From: Phoronis australis | Lineage: Eukaryota; Animalia; Phoronida | NCBI GenBank assembly: GCA_002633005.1 | Contig: NMRA01001164.1 | Location: forward strand, 1 to 33,827 | Length of the DNA: 33,827 nucleotides | Direction of reading: 5' to 3' | In this document: piece by piece, positions 12,919 through 24,400 of the stretch | Layout of the letters: every line of letters begins with the position of its first letter | Position numbering within the stretch: the stretch's first letter is position 1 | The notes under the pieces: generated by a model | Database searches by the model: none | The model's input: the letters and a program-made list of their open reading frames with translations, nothing else | What the model was told of the DNA's origin: nothing | Translations under genes and position numbers: made by a program

Positions 12919-12974
12919 CATATATATACATATACATATACGTGTGTATGTATGTAAGTATGTATGTATGTATA
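12919..12974. repeat. (TA)/(TACA)/(TGTA) microsatellite-like tract
   Basis: CATATATATACATATACATATACGTGTGTATGTATGTAAGTATGTATGTATGTATA. Confidence 0.8.
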
Positions 12975-13124
12975 GCGATATAAACAGTGAAATACACGTG
13001 ACAGCGAGAAGAGGGGCTTACAAGCGTACAGATTTGTACAAGTCCAAATGATCAACCCGTTCTAAACTCCATGACCTACCAGTCTTGGTTGCGTTACATC
13101 GTGACGCGAACATTCATCTTCGCA

Positions 13125-13384
13125 TATGAAGCGCCAAAGGGTTCTTAAAGGCGTACATTTCTACGCGTCGAATTGTGCTTAACCTACATGTTCTTTTCTT
13201 AATCTACGCGTACTTTTAGATCATTTAAAAATGATCATCTTAATCAATTAATTTGAAAGCACGAGTGTGACTGGACTATATAAACTGATTAAAAGTCCGC
13301 GTAGTTTAAGCAAAAGTACGCTTAGATTAATCACATATCAACGCGTAGAAATTTGCTCGTTTAAGAACCCTTTGGCGCTTCATA
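13125..13384. mobile_element. Foldback MITE, TA-flanked (Tc1/mariner-like)
   Basis: Perfect 26-bp inverted repeat ATATGAAGCGCCAAAGGGTTCTTAAA / TTTAAGAACCCTTTGGCGCTTCATAT. Further internal symmetry includes ATTTCTACGCGT and TTAATCTACGCGTACTTTT mirrored. TA is present at both ends. Confidence 0.75.
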
Positions 13385-13896
13385 TTCGCAGCACATTAAT
13401 CCGTTACGAAACAGAATAGCGCGTTATCCAGTAAATAAGAACGCGTTGACGTGTAAAACCCGCAAGCGTCACCATCTGACAGACTTGGAATTCAATAGAA
13501 AGAGCATGGTGATAATTTATAACAGGAAGTATGATAAAGCATGAATTGTGGGGTGAAAAAAGGTAGAACAAAGCAGAGTGGATAAGATTTGTCGACTTCT
13601 GCTCATACTCATTCCATATATATATCACATTCTGCTCACATTACAGGGCCATAGACAGGTACGATGTTCAAGAACGCGTTATTCTAGTAGTAGTTTACCC
13701 AGCAAAAATTAGTAGTTATAATTATCAGGTTACCGGGTTTTCAAAGCGGATTTGGCCATCCAGGAAAGTGAACCTGACTGGCCGAGATCATTCGAAAAAA
13801 ATCAGCTGACAGTTCGTTTCTTCTTCAGGCTAAGATTGTTAACTTCCATGACACTGATCTAAACTTTTATGAGCTTGGTATTAAGAAATAAAGAAT

Positions 13897-14146
13897 CATA
13901 CGTGCACCCAGGGCTGGGGGGCTCGAACGAGTCCCTCAATTTGGTGAAGTGGAAAAAGGTCCGCCTAAGAGAAACGAGAACTCCGAAAAAAGTAGAAAAC
14001 GAGACATCAGTACACTAAAAAGGCAGGAACTGTTAAAATTGTGCGAATTCACAATTCATAGCTCTGAACGTACACCGTGGATCTTAGCAAAAGGTCCACA
14101 TTCTCAAAAATTCGAGTCTCCCATTTTTAAGCTGGCTGTGGGCATG
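13897..14146. mobile_element. Degenerate MITE-like element
   Basis: Ends CATACGTGCACCCAGGGCTGGGGGG and CTGGCTGTGGGCATG are weak inverted repeats. AAAAGGTCC is repeated internally. No TSD is seen. Confidence 0.3.
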
Positions 14147-15849
14147 CGAACTGACAGTTTTTTTCCGACAACTGAAATCACGTCGAATTTGACTATGGAA
14201 CTAGTTGACACCATTTCGTAAATGGTGTAAATCAAAAGTTGTTTCTTTTTTGTAATGGAAGGCGGATTTATAGTTTTTTGAAGAGTCCTGGTATGCGATC
14301 TGTAGACTAAGTTGCAATATTGAAAATGGTTCTCTGCCATTGAAGCGGAATTCAATCAGCTCACCAGGCATTTTTATGGGTTTTTCCTAAAGATTTTTAA
14401 TTTCTGTTGATATCAAATCGTCTTCTTTTAGTTTCAAATTTCAAAAAAACGACCAGTCAACTGTTCGCCACTTCGTCGATTTTTCTCTCGCAAGGCAAAG
14501 CGCGTCTTCTCATCTGTTATGGCAAGAAATAGACGTAGCACATTTCCCTTATATGGAAAATGTGACCTTTGGTCTAAAATATTTCAAGCAACTGACTGTG
14601 AGCGTGTACGCTCATTTATCGTAAGTAACAGGGAGATTAAAAACTCTCAGAGGAAAGTGATTTTCTCTGTATTAGACGTTGCGAGATGGTACTACGCTCT
14701 GTATCTTCAGGAATTGTTTAAAAGATATTTTTGATATGTCAAGCTTTCGTGTTCCATGCCTCTTTAATTAATCAAACACTAGAAACATTATAATGGTTTA
14801 AAAAACAAGTTTAGCTTCACGGTTACGGTTAAGGAGTGAATTCCAAGTTATTTCTGTAAGACAGGAGAGGGATGGAAACTAACTTTCGCGACTGTCTACC
14901 CGAGCAAACTTTGCGTATCTTGAAATGTCCAACTCGATCTCAGTCGCACGATAATTCAGTGCTAGATTTCGTTCCAAAATCCTTATCTAGAAAGCTTACA
15001 CCCAGGGGATTGGGCCTCTCAAATTCACTCGTGGAAAATGTTTTCAGTCAATCTGTGAAAAACTGGTGTTATGCCTACGTTCCAAATAACTATTTCTGAA
15101 AAAAAAATAATTAAGTTTCACTAGCTTGAGATGAAGTGCAAAATCTCTGAGAATATATACAAAACTGTTTGTTACTGAGAGAAATTTTAGAGAGTATTTC
15201 TAGAATGTTCCGTGCTCATAATTACTTGACTGAACCTTTTTATTAGTAATTGCGTCACTTTTCGTGAAACCGTGGCGCAAACATAAACTGAAAGACCTCC
15301 GAAGAAACCTAGATGAAACAGTAGACATGAACTTGAGTAGCGTCTTCCAGAAAATTCCATTCATCTGATTTCTGATGCTATCCATTTTTTGGAAAATGTA
15401 AACATTAAAACCTTACCTATATGTAGTGGCTTTGCATGACGGAATGCCCGGATTGCAAAACGTAGAGCTCATTACGAAATTCCAAATTTTCTATGTTTGA
15501 AGAATGACTGAGCTCCGCGTGTACGTTTTCTAGATTTGGGACTGTCAACAAACTGCTGTATAAATACACAAAACGTACCGAGAGTGGCGTACATCAGGTA
15601 GGGCCCAATATCCCACGAGACATTATGAGTCAACATCGGACTACCTTTTGAACTTTCCACGTCAGAGGTCACTGTTGAAGTAGTGAGGGACGGGTGAATA
15701 CGCGGAAAACATTATTACATGGCCGTATTGCCCTCGACAGATTTAACTCGTATGGGATAAAATATGAGAATCAGTACGTCAAAATAAAAGGAAAATTAAA
15801 ACCTTGCGTTTCCAGCTTACATTCTTGGTCATAGGGAGCACCTGAATAC

Positions 15850-15931
15850 ACCCTCTGACACAGCGCCACCTACACTTTCGTTTAGCACCGTGATAGATAC
15901 ACTAAGTATAGGTGGCGCTGTGTCAGAGGGT
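15850..15931. repeat. Near-perfect hairpin upstream of the SH3 exon
   Basis: ACCCTCTGACACAGCGCCACCTACACTT (15850-15877) pairs with 15904-15931 with one mismatch, around a 26-nt loop. TACA flanks the CCC...GGG core on both sides. Confidence 0.85.
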
Positions 15932-16157
15932 ACACCCGAGTCGTGACCGTAGTTCGGATGTGTACCGCACTGTTGTGCCATCTATTGCTAACGGTTTTAA
16001 CTAATCGTCTGCTGTCTGCTTGCCTTATCAGTCGATTGTCTGCTCACTGCGAGTCGGTCGTGACTACTAGGAGTTGCTGAAGTGGACCCGAAAGTGGACC
16101 CGAAATTGGGTGACTGTTTTGAGCAATTATGGAAAAATCTTGACAAATTGACGAGAT

Positions 16158-16340
16158 ATGGAAATCTACAAAGCACTGTCAGACTTTGCATCGCCTTCCA
16201 AAACGAACAGCAACGTACTCTCTTTCCAAAAAGGCGATAGATTTGAGATTTTGGAGAGCGACAAATCGGGCAAGGTTTGGTGGGGTGCGCGTGCCTTGTC
16301 GACCAACGTCGTGGGATATGTTCCTTCCAAATACGTCAAG
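16158..16340 (+). CDS. First coding exon encoding an N-terminal SH3 domain (NCKIPSD/SPIN90/WISH-like adaptor candidate)
   Basis: ATG at 16158 opens 61 codons, [61 protein letters not shown], with SH3 hallmarks (YKALxDF, LSFxKGD, WW, GYVPxxYV). The domain ends exactly at a phase-0 donor AAG|GTATCG (GT at 16341). An SH3 domain starting right at the Met recalls NCKIPSD (recalled from memory, not searched), so no symbol is assigned. Confidence 0.85.
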
Positions 16341-16811
16341 GTATCGTATCACGTGTGCGAAGTGTATAGGCGTTATTAGTTGCTGCCAGTATGTATTACA
16401 AGCTCCGTCGTCAACTAGATTTACATAGAGCAGCCACGGGAGATTGTACAGCGTAGGCTACCACGCTACGCTTACGGCGGCTACCGAAAAATTGCATTGT
16501 GTATTCGCCCCACAAACTCAACTGAGCCAAGGCCTCTTGCATGCGTAGTGTTGACCTGATAAGAATATATTAAATCGGATTATTTTGATAATGTATTGAG
16601 GATATTTTAGTTGTAGTAACATCGCTGTTTGCTTAATTTCTCCCGAAGTCGGTCAAGAACTCAGCGCTCACAACCAGGCCCAATTGGGGACGATTGGAGA
16701 GCAAATTGGCCCATCGACAGTCGTTTTAGGCGGCATAGGCCTAGTCTGTTCACGTAGGCCTACCTTCACGCTTACTATTAACTACCGAAATTTTCAGTTG
16801 TCAGGTGATGC

Positions 16812-18740
16812 TAATGGATGGGGCAGTTGTCGGTTTGTAGTTGCGTTTCAGCCGTCAAGTTAAAAATCATCCCTGACTTGTCACAGCCTCCCTGTAAAAA
16901 TTTCAAAACATCTCTTGAAATGTTCAGTTTCAATCAGCATTATATGCAGAGTTAAACTTTCACTTTGTGGGCTTTTATATCTACTTTGAAGAATCATTTT
17001 TTCCCAAGAACAGAACTTAGTCTGCAGAAAGATTTACGATCCATTTAAGTTGACTAAATTTCACTCTTTTTGTTGCCATTTTTTCTGAACAACATTAAGT
17101 GAAAACAACTTAGCAACATTCTGTTTGAATCTTTAATATGTTAAAATCTCTTCAAAGATAAAAGCGCTGGGATGGCATTTATAAAAAGGATGTTCTCTAA
17201 TTCTTCACTCATTCCGAGCCAAAATAAGAGCCGGCAAAATTGTAACTTTTTATTTTCAAAGATTTGTTTAAAACTTGTTGCAAATACTGGAAAATTCTCT
17301 TACATCATTTGTTTTGTGCAAACCAACGAACTTTGTTGTTTCAAAGCACTCGTCAAAGCTAACAACTTCAAGTAGACCATCCCATCCAGCAGTAATCCCA
17401 AAAATTTGTTTTTCAGCCGTAAAGGCGATAAAACCCCTTTAAAACAAAGTAAATGTGTTGTTTATGAACTTGAAAAAACAAGATGATTAATTGTTTTTGC
17501 ACTTCCTTGACTGAGATTTTTGAGTTTCCAGTAGCATAATGCCCAATGACGATGAATTTTCGTTCTCCAAAATGGAGTCATTTCTGTCCATTCTCCTGCA
17601 CACGGACGACTCTCACGTGTATTTTGGCAGCAACTTGTAACCACACAGTAAGCCCAGAGGGCAGTCTGAATAAGGCAACAGAATTTGAACTGGAATTGTT
17701 TTGAAGTGCGAGTACATTTTTAGATAGTCCCTGGCTGTGGTGTAGAATTACCATTGAGTGGCAGGTTCAACAAAGGAANTAATGGATGGGGCAGTTGTCG
17801 GTTTGTAGTTGCGTTTCAGCCGTCAAGTTAAAAATCATCCCTGACTTGTCACAGCCTCCCTGTAAAAATTTCAAAACATCTCTTGAAATGTTCAGTTTCA
17901 ATCAGTATTATACGCAGAGTTAAACTTTGTGGGCTTTTATATCTACTTTGAAGAATCATTTTTTCCCAAGAACAGAACTTAGTCTGCAGAAAGATTTATG
18001 ATCCATTTAAGTTGACTAAATTTCACTCTTTTTGTTGCCATTGTTTCTGAACAACATTCAATGAAAGCAACTTAGCAACATTCTGCTTGAATCTTTAATA
18101 TGTTAAAATCTCTTCAAAGATAAAAGCGCTGGGATGGCATTTATAAAAAGGATGTTCTCTAATTCTTCACTCATTCCGAGCCAAAATAAGAGCCGGCAAA
18201 ACTGTAACTTTTTATTTTCAAAGATTTGTTTAAAACTTGTTGCAAATACTGGAAAATTCTCTTACATCATTTATGTTGTGCAAACCAACGAACTTTGTTG
18301 TTTCAAAGCACTCGTCAAAGCTAACAACTTCAAGTAGACCATCCCATCCAGCAGTAATCCCAAAAATTTGTTTTTCAGCCGTAAAGGCGATAAAACCCCT
18401 TTAAAACAAAGTAAATGTGTTGTTTATGAACTTGAAAAAACAAGATGATTAATTGTTTTTGCACTTCCTTGACTGAGATTTTTGAGTTTCCAGTAGCATA
18501 ATGCCCAATGACGATGAATTTTCGTTCTCCAAAACGGAGTCATTTCTGTCCATTCTCCTGCACGTGGACGACTCTCACGTGTATTTTCGCAGCAACTTGT
18601 AACCACACAGTAAGCCCAGAGGGCAGTCTGAATAAGGCAACAGAATTTGAACTGGAATTGTTTAGAAGTGCGAGTACATTTTTAGATAGTCCCTGGCTGT
18701 GGTGTAGAATTACCATTGAGTGGCAGGTTCAACAAAGGAA
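16812..18740 (+). repeat. Near-identical tandem duplication separated by a single N (probable haplotype/assembly artefact)
   Basis: 16812-17778 and 17780-18740 differ only by scattered SNPs and a small indel. The junction is exactly the N at 17779. Confidence 0.9.
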
Positions 18741-19427
18741 CTCTCCTGACAAGATGACACACCTATAAACTCAACATGCGCCTCCTTCCCCTAAATTGCA
18801 TCAATGACCTACACTGCTATTGGGCCATGCAGCTAAAATGAATAGCTCCCTGTGGGCAAAATTGTAGATCTACCAGTTTCGTCAGATCTACATTAAGTCC
18901 ACAAGCACGTGTTATTTTATGGTATTACAATTACAATTGGGTATTTGGGTGATAAAAATACAGTAGTGTGCCATCGCATTGTGAGCGCTTCAAGTTCAAC
19001 CATGACCTGAAAATGAGTTCATAATCCTTAAGGTTGTAATGGACATCTGATTAGGTTCTTTTCAATAGTTAATTTGTTGAAATATGATGGGTTGGGTTGG
19101 ACAACTAATAGTTGTGAGAATATTGTGGGGCCCACTTAATGTCCCTGACAAAGACTGCTTCGAAATTGTCTTGTAACTGATTTAACTAGAACACAAAGTC
19201 TGGCTGAAATACGGTTCTTGGGAATTCGCGCTTGCATAGTTTTTCCGAGATTTTAAGTATTTAAATATTTTTCAGTTTGATGAAAGACATGTTGGTAAAC
19301 TGTTACCCGACAATTACAAGGTGAGTTTTTTAGTAGTTTCTGAAATTGTGTGTGATGACAATTTAAACCTTTTGATTGATTCGACAGTGGCCAAAACGTT
19401 TTGAGACACACAAAAGACAAAAATCAT

Positions 19428-19551
19428 TTTTGGCAGCTTTGTAGTCCAGTTTTAGACTTTTGGCAGTTTTGTAGTCCAATTTAAGACTTTTGACAGCTTT
19501 GTAGTCCAATTTCAGACTTTGACAGCTTTGTAGTCCAATTTCAGACTTTTG
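19428..19551 (+). repeat. 30-bp minisatellite, 4 units
   Basis: TTTTG(G/A)CAG(C/T)TTTGTAGTCCA(G/A)TTT(T/A/C)AGAC occurs four times and explains the SLKLDYK repeats in ORF 19363-19614. Confidence 0.9.
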
Positions 19552-20848
19552 CCAAAAGTCAAAAAACCTATAATCTCTTTGAGAAATGGTATTTCCTGTT
19601 GGATCAGTTTCCAATTGATGCGTGCAGTTAATATTGGTAGATGTGTTTTATGGTGAAACAAGTTTTTGAAATATTTTAGGTATGTCAGCAATATTTAGGT
19701 GTTTATCCCAGAAGCATATCCAGTAAGTTGTTTTTGTTGCTCTGGGGGTAGAGTTCAGTAGTGTCTCGCGGCTAGAAAAATCTAGACAGTGTGTTCTCAT
19801 TTAAAGTACTTGGCTGTATCTTGCGTACTCTAGCAAAGTCTTGCATTTCTAGCGAAGTCCTAGCGTTATTGAACACTACCCTGCTGTCAGACTCACTTTT
19901 ACACTGAGGGTGTGATGAAGTGATGTGTTCAGAATTTAGTGAATATTCAATGTGTGGAAAAGCAAAACTTATCTAATATGTAGTGTGCATAGGGTGATGA
20001 AACACCTAACGCGGATAAAACTTTGTTTAAAATAAAAAATGTTTGTGTTTGTCGTGATTTGTGAAGACTGCATGTCCACAAGGCTGTTTTCGGTGATAAA
20101 ACGGAGAGTTAGGGCTGACTTAAATTGCCATTTAAGAAATGAAATCTAATGTCAATTTCCCACTAACACCTGCATTTACTCCTTTGTTTTGTGGAGTTTC
20201 AATCAGCGGGAAAGCATTACTCAATGGCAACTCCTCTCAAAATTGGTGGAATAAACTGCAGAGTTGTGCATAACTTCCCCACAATGGGAAAGTTTAACTC
20301 CACTGCGATGGGAATAATCACTAGAGGTTACAACATACACATTCACATGGAGAGTGCAAATCAGCAGCGCCCTCTGGTGTCTGATTCGTAGAGCTAGCAC
20401 TAGCTACGTATCACTACAGGAGGGGAGTTAATGGGAAAGGTATGGGGAGTGCCGATGTAGTTGTAATAGACTGAAGTTTCTCTAATGGGTGACTGATATG
20501 GGGATCTAATTGGCTCGGAATTTAATAATGCAATAGCCCTTCACTCTTGCAAGAGATACATTACCATACTATCTACACTGTGATTAGGCACACTCCATAA
20601 ACATTGTTCGAACTGCATCCTTATGTAATAAAGGACAATTCTTCAGTTACTAAGACATACAGGGGGATCTAGACTCTGCAAGATATTTTGTTAAACTCAT
20701 TGTACATGACTATTCACATTTAAAGTAATTTGCAGTTGCTCAGCCCTTCATGGGTCAATGTATCACCTGTAATAATGGTGTATGATGTTTTGGTATATAA
20801 TGTTGTGAAAAAGTTGACGGCATTGGTATGAACTGCAGTCCCGGGTTA

Positions 20849-21006
20849 CAGTAGCATATTTCAGGGGGAAAAGGAAGCCATGCCCCCCCTAAAATTCTTC
20901 CAGATTCCATTTGGCAAGACGGGGATGCGAATGTCTGACGGCAAAATCGTGGCTAATACTCTTCCCAGGCCCCCCCCTAACTCAAAATCCTGGATCCACA
21001 CCTATG
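20849..21006. mobile_element. Short degenerate MITE related to the 8850 family
   Basis: Left CAGTAGCATATTTCAGGGGG, right CCTGGATCCACACCTATG, internal C-runs, and TTA on both sides. Confidence 0.45.
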
Positions 21007-21433
21007 TTATGTAATTTAATGAATATTGAAGCTTCAGCATTCCATAAGAGTCCTGAGGATACTACTATGATAGAGTGCCCTTACGTCTTCCCACCTGAAA
21101 ATGCAGATGCTCTGTTTAGTTGGGTGGCTAAGAAGAGGGAAGTTGAATTGGGACGTTTATGGTAAAAAATTTCCAGTTTGGAAAAGTGCACAATTTTTTT
21201 GCTCGAGGTCAGAGCTTGCACCAAGTTTTAGAAATAGAAAATATTAGTTGTCCCAAATTCAAGAATGAGTGACAAATGGTCACTCATCTCAACAATACAC
21301 TCTATTAGGATGTATGAAAAGGTTGTGTTGGCAGTTATGTTTGATGGTTTTAGGAACGCACAAGTCTATTTTCAGACTGTCGATTCAAAATTCAGTGTCT
21401 GAAATTTTAAAAATATGATAAACCCCAAAATCA

Positions 21434-24400
21434 ACCATGTTTCAATCTATAGTATCAAGAAACTCCAATTTCAGCTTGAATTTCTGTGTCCCAAACTTTA
21501 GAGACTGTGCCAAACTCCAGAATGGATTGGCCAGGTCACTGTAAATTTGTATACTAGGTATATAGCAATGAGTGGGTTTACTGCCAAGGTGGTTATTAAA
21601 TTGGGATACATGAAAATTTGGAGGTGGATTTTTAGCACGAGCTTTCATAACTCGAAGTGTTCAAAAGTCTGGGAGAGGACCTTGACCTATTGGATTATAA
21701 TATTTACAGTCTGCGGCTCAATGAGCCTTCTCTAGTATTATACCAATTTAAGCATGGCAGTGTAGCAAGCTTTGCTCGAATCACAGGTTCTGATCTCGAT
21801 TTGGATCAAGTGGGTATTTTTTTAAACAAGCAGAAGAGTTTCTCCATATTGTTCACGAAAGCTTCTATAGTTCACTGTGAATATGCCGGTCTGGTTATAA
21901 TGAACCTGGATGAAAATTAAACAGAACATGTCGACACCCAGTTGTAATGTCACAACTTTAGACTGAGTTTCATGTTAGCTAGATTTTAGGTTATGTAGGA
22001 CAAAACTGACATGTCTTTGTTTTTAGCGGAATATCTACAAAAGTGGATTTTAGTATGGTAAAACTATATTCTCTGAAAGTGGAGCTGTAGAAATTGATTT
22101 TTGACTTTTTAACACTTTGTCATTCAACTGGGTCATTGTGACCCTGACTTTTTGGTAAAATTTAGCAGAAAAATGAAAAGCACATCGATAGCAATGCAAT
22201 GGATATCAACAACATGTCCGATGTTCATTTGATATGTTCAAGATGAAATCTCAGAAATGCTGTAACGGTTTTTTAATTTGCCATTTTGCTTTCATTTTGT
22301 ATTTTTTCATGAAAATCGTACTAAAGTCCTATTTTTAATAACTCATCATGCAAAAGTGAAGCCCTTTAAAAATTAACACCGTATTAGAGAATGGCATACA
22401 AGGGAGTGAACCTGAAAATTTCGTATAATTCTGAGATATGATATTCTGAAAAGGGGCAATCGACCATTTGTCTAGGCTCCTTTCTGGTTGCACACATGTA
22501 CATTAATGAATTTTTATTGATTGTAATCAAAACTTGTCTCGATATAATTCCTGTTAACAGAGCAACGTGAAACGGTTGTCGTTGAGCATTGGCCACAGAA
22601 TTTGTAGATTTGAAGATCATAACACGCTGTAATAAAAGTTATTATTACATGCAGCACCCCCCCCCCCGCTGGTATCGCATTATTATGGTGGCTCCAGCCT
22701 CATCAAGGCTGAATATGACTAATGGTTGATAATTTCATATTAAATCACACTTTTATTTACACATTGGGGATTTGCTAACGAGGGACGTAATATTGACATA
22801 AGTTATGAAGTGCCTTTGTTATGTTTCAAGTTGAACTTAGGTTGAATCATCCATTCGCAGAGTCTTTTTACTCACCGATTTGAGCAGTGAATCACCAGAA
22901 CTGGTAAGATAGAAATTTATCTCATGAAGTGAATAACTAGTCATTGCTTGTAAGCTTGGCTTGGTGATTCTTCAGGGTTTGGATTGGTCTGGATTTGTGA
23001 TTAAGGAGAGTAGGTTGCTGATAAGCTTTGCATTTTGCTATTTCAGTTCATTGAGAATATGCTACAAATGATTTTGTAATTCTGGGATGCACTCTATGGA
23101 CATTGGGAAATGCAACCAGATCTCGCAAAACTTAGCGAGATATTGGCATGCATTGCAAGCAAGGCATATGATCACGTGAATTTTTTTGTGAATCTCCTGC
23201 ATTTACGGAACACAGCCTTAGGGATGTTACCACTGATCGCGAGGTTGTTTGTTGGAGCCAAGTTCATTAATTTTGACTCCAGAGTTAGAAAACAGGGAAC
23301 AATGGTAATTTATTTCAGGCCTTNNNNNNNNNNNNNNNNNNNNNNNNNNNNNNNNNNNNNNNNNNNNNNNNNNNNNNNNNNNNNNNNNNNNNNNNNNNNN
23401 NNNNNNNNNNNNNNNNNNNNNNNNNNNNNNNNNNNNNNNNNNNNNNNNNNNNNNNNNNNNNNNNNNNNNNNNNNNNNNNNNNNNNNNNNNNNNNNNNNNN
23501 NNNNNNNNNNNNNNNNNNNNNNNNNNNNNNNNNNNNNNNNNNNNNNNNNNNNNNNNNNNNNNNNNNNNNNNNNNNNNNNNNNNNNNNNNNNNNNNNNNNN
23601 NNNNNNNNNNNNNNNNNNNNNNNNNNNNNNNNNNNNNNNNNNNNNNNNNNNNNNNNNNNNNNNNNNNNNNNNNNNNNNNNNNNNNNNNNNNNNNNNNNNN
23701 NNNNNNNNNNNNNNNNNNNNNNNNNNNNNNNNNNNNNNNNNNNNNNNNNNNNNNNNNNNNNNNNNNNNNNNNNNNNNNNNNNNNNNNNNNNNNNNNNNNN
23801 NNNNNNNNNNNNNNNNNNNNNNNNNNNNNNNNNNNNNNNNNNNNNNNNNNNNNNNNNNNNNNNNNNNNNNNNNNNNNNNNNNNNNNNNNNNNNNNNNNNN
23901 NNNNNNNNNNNNNNNNNNNACCATGTTTCAATCTATAGTATCAAGAAACTCCAATTTCAGCATGAATTTCTGTGTCCCAAACTTTAGAGACTGTGCCAAA
24001 CTCCAGAATGGATTGGCCAGGTCACTGTAAATTTGTATACTAGGTATATAGCAATGAGTGGGTTTACTGCCAAGGTGGTTATTAAATTAGGATACATGAA
24101 AATTTGGAGGTGGATTTTTAGCACGAGCTTTCATAACTCGAAGTGTTCAAAAGTCTGGGAGAGGACCTTGACCTATTGGATTATAATATTTACAGTCTGC
24201 GGCTCAATGAACCTTCTCTAGTATTATACCAATTTAAGCATGGCAGTGTAGAAAGCTTTGCTCGAATCACAGGTTCTGATCTCGATTTGGATCAAGTGGG
24301 TATTTTTTTAAACAAGCAGAAGAGTTTCTCCATATTGTTCACGAAAGCTTCTATTGTTCACTGTGAATATGCCGGTCTGGTTATAATGAACCTGGATGAA

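Noticed and set aside
13815-13829. Other CTGANGA...GAAA matches (minus strand here and near 18880)
   Set aside because: There is no room for stem II between the boxes, so these are not hammerheads.
16080-16103. 12-bp direct duplication AAGTGGACCCGA x2 in the putative 5' UTR
   Set aside because: It is real but best explained by simple slippage. No function can be supported.
16341-16379. C-terminal 12 aa of the 73-aa SH3 ORF
   Set aside because: It lies after a GT donor at the domain boundary and is most likely intron read-through.
19363-19614. ORF with SLKLDYK repeats
   Set aside because: It is a translation of a 30-bp minisatellite, and one unit is 29 bp, which shifts the frame.
23110-24030. 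Long ORFs of 204-306 aa
   Set aside because: They are artefacts of reading through the N gap. The same applies to the ORFs at 9485-9893.
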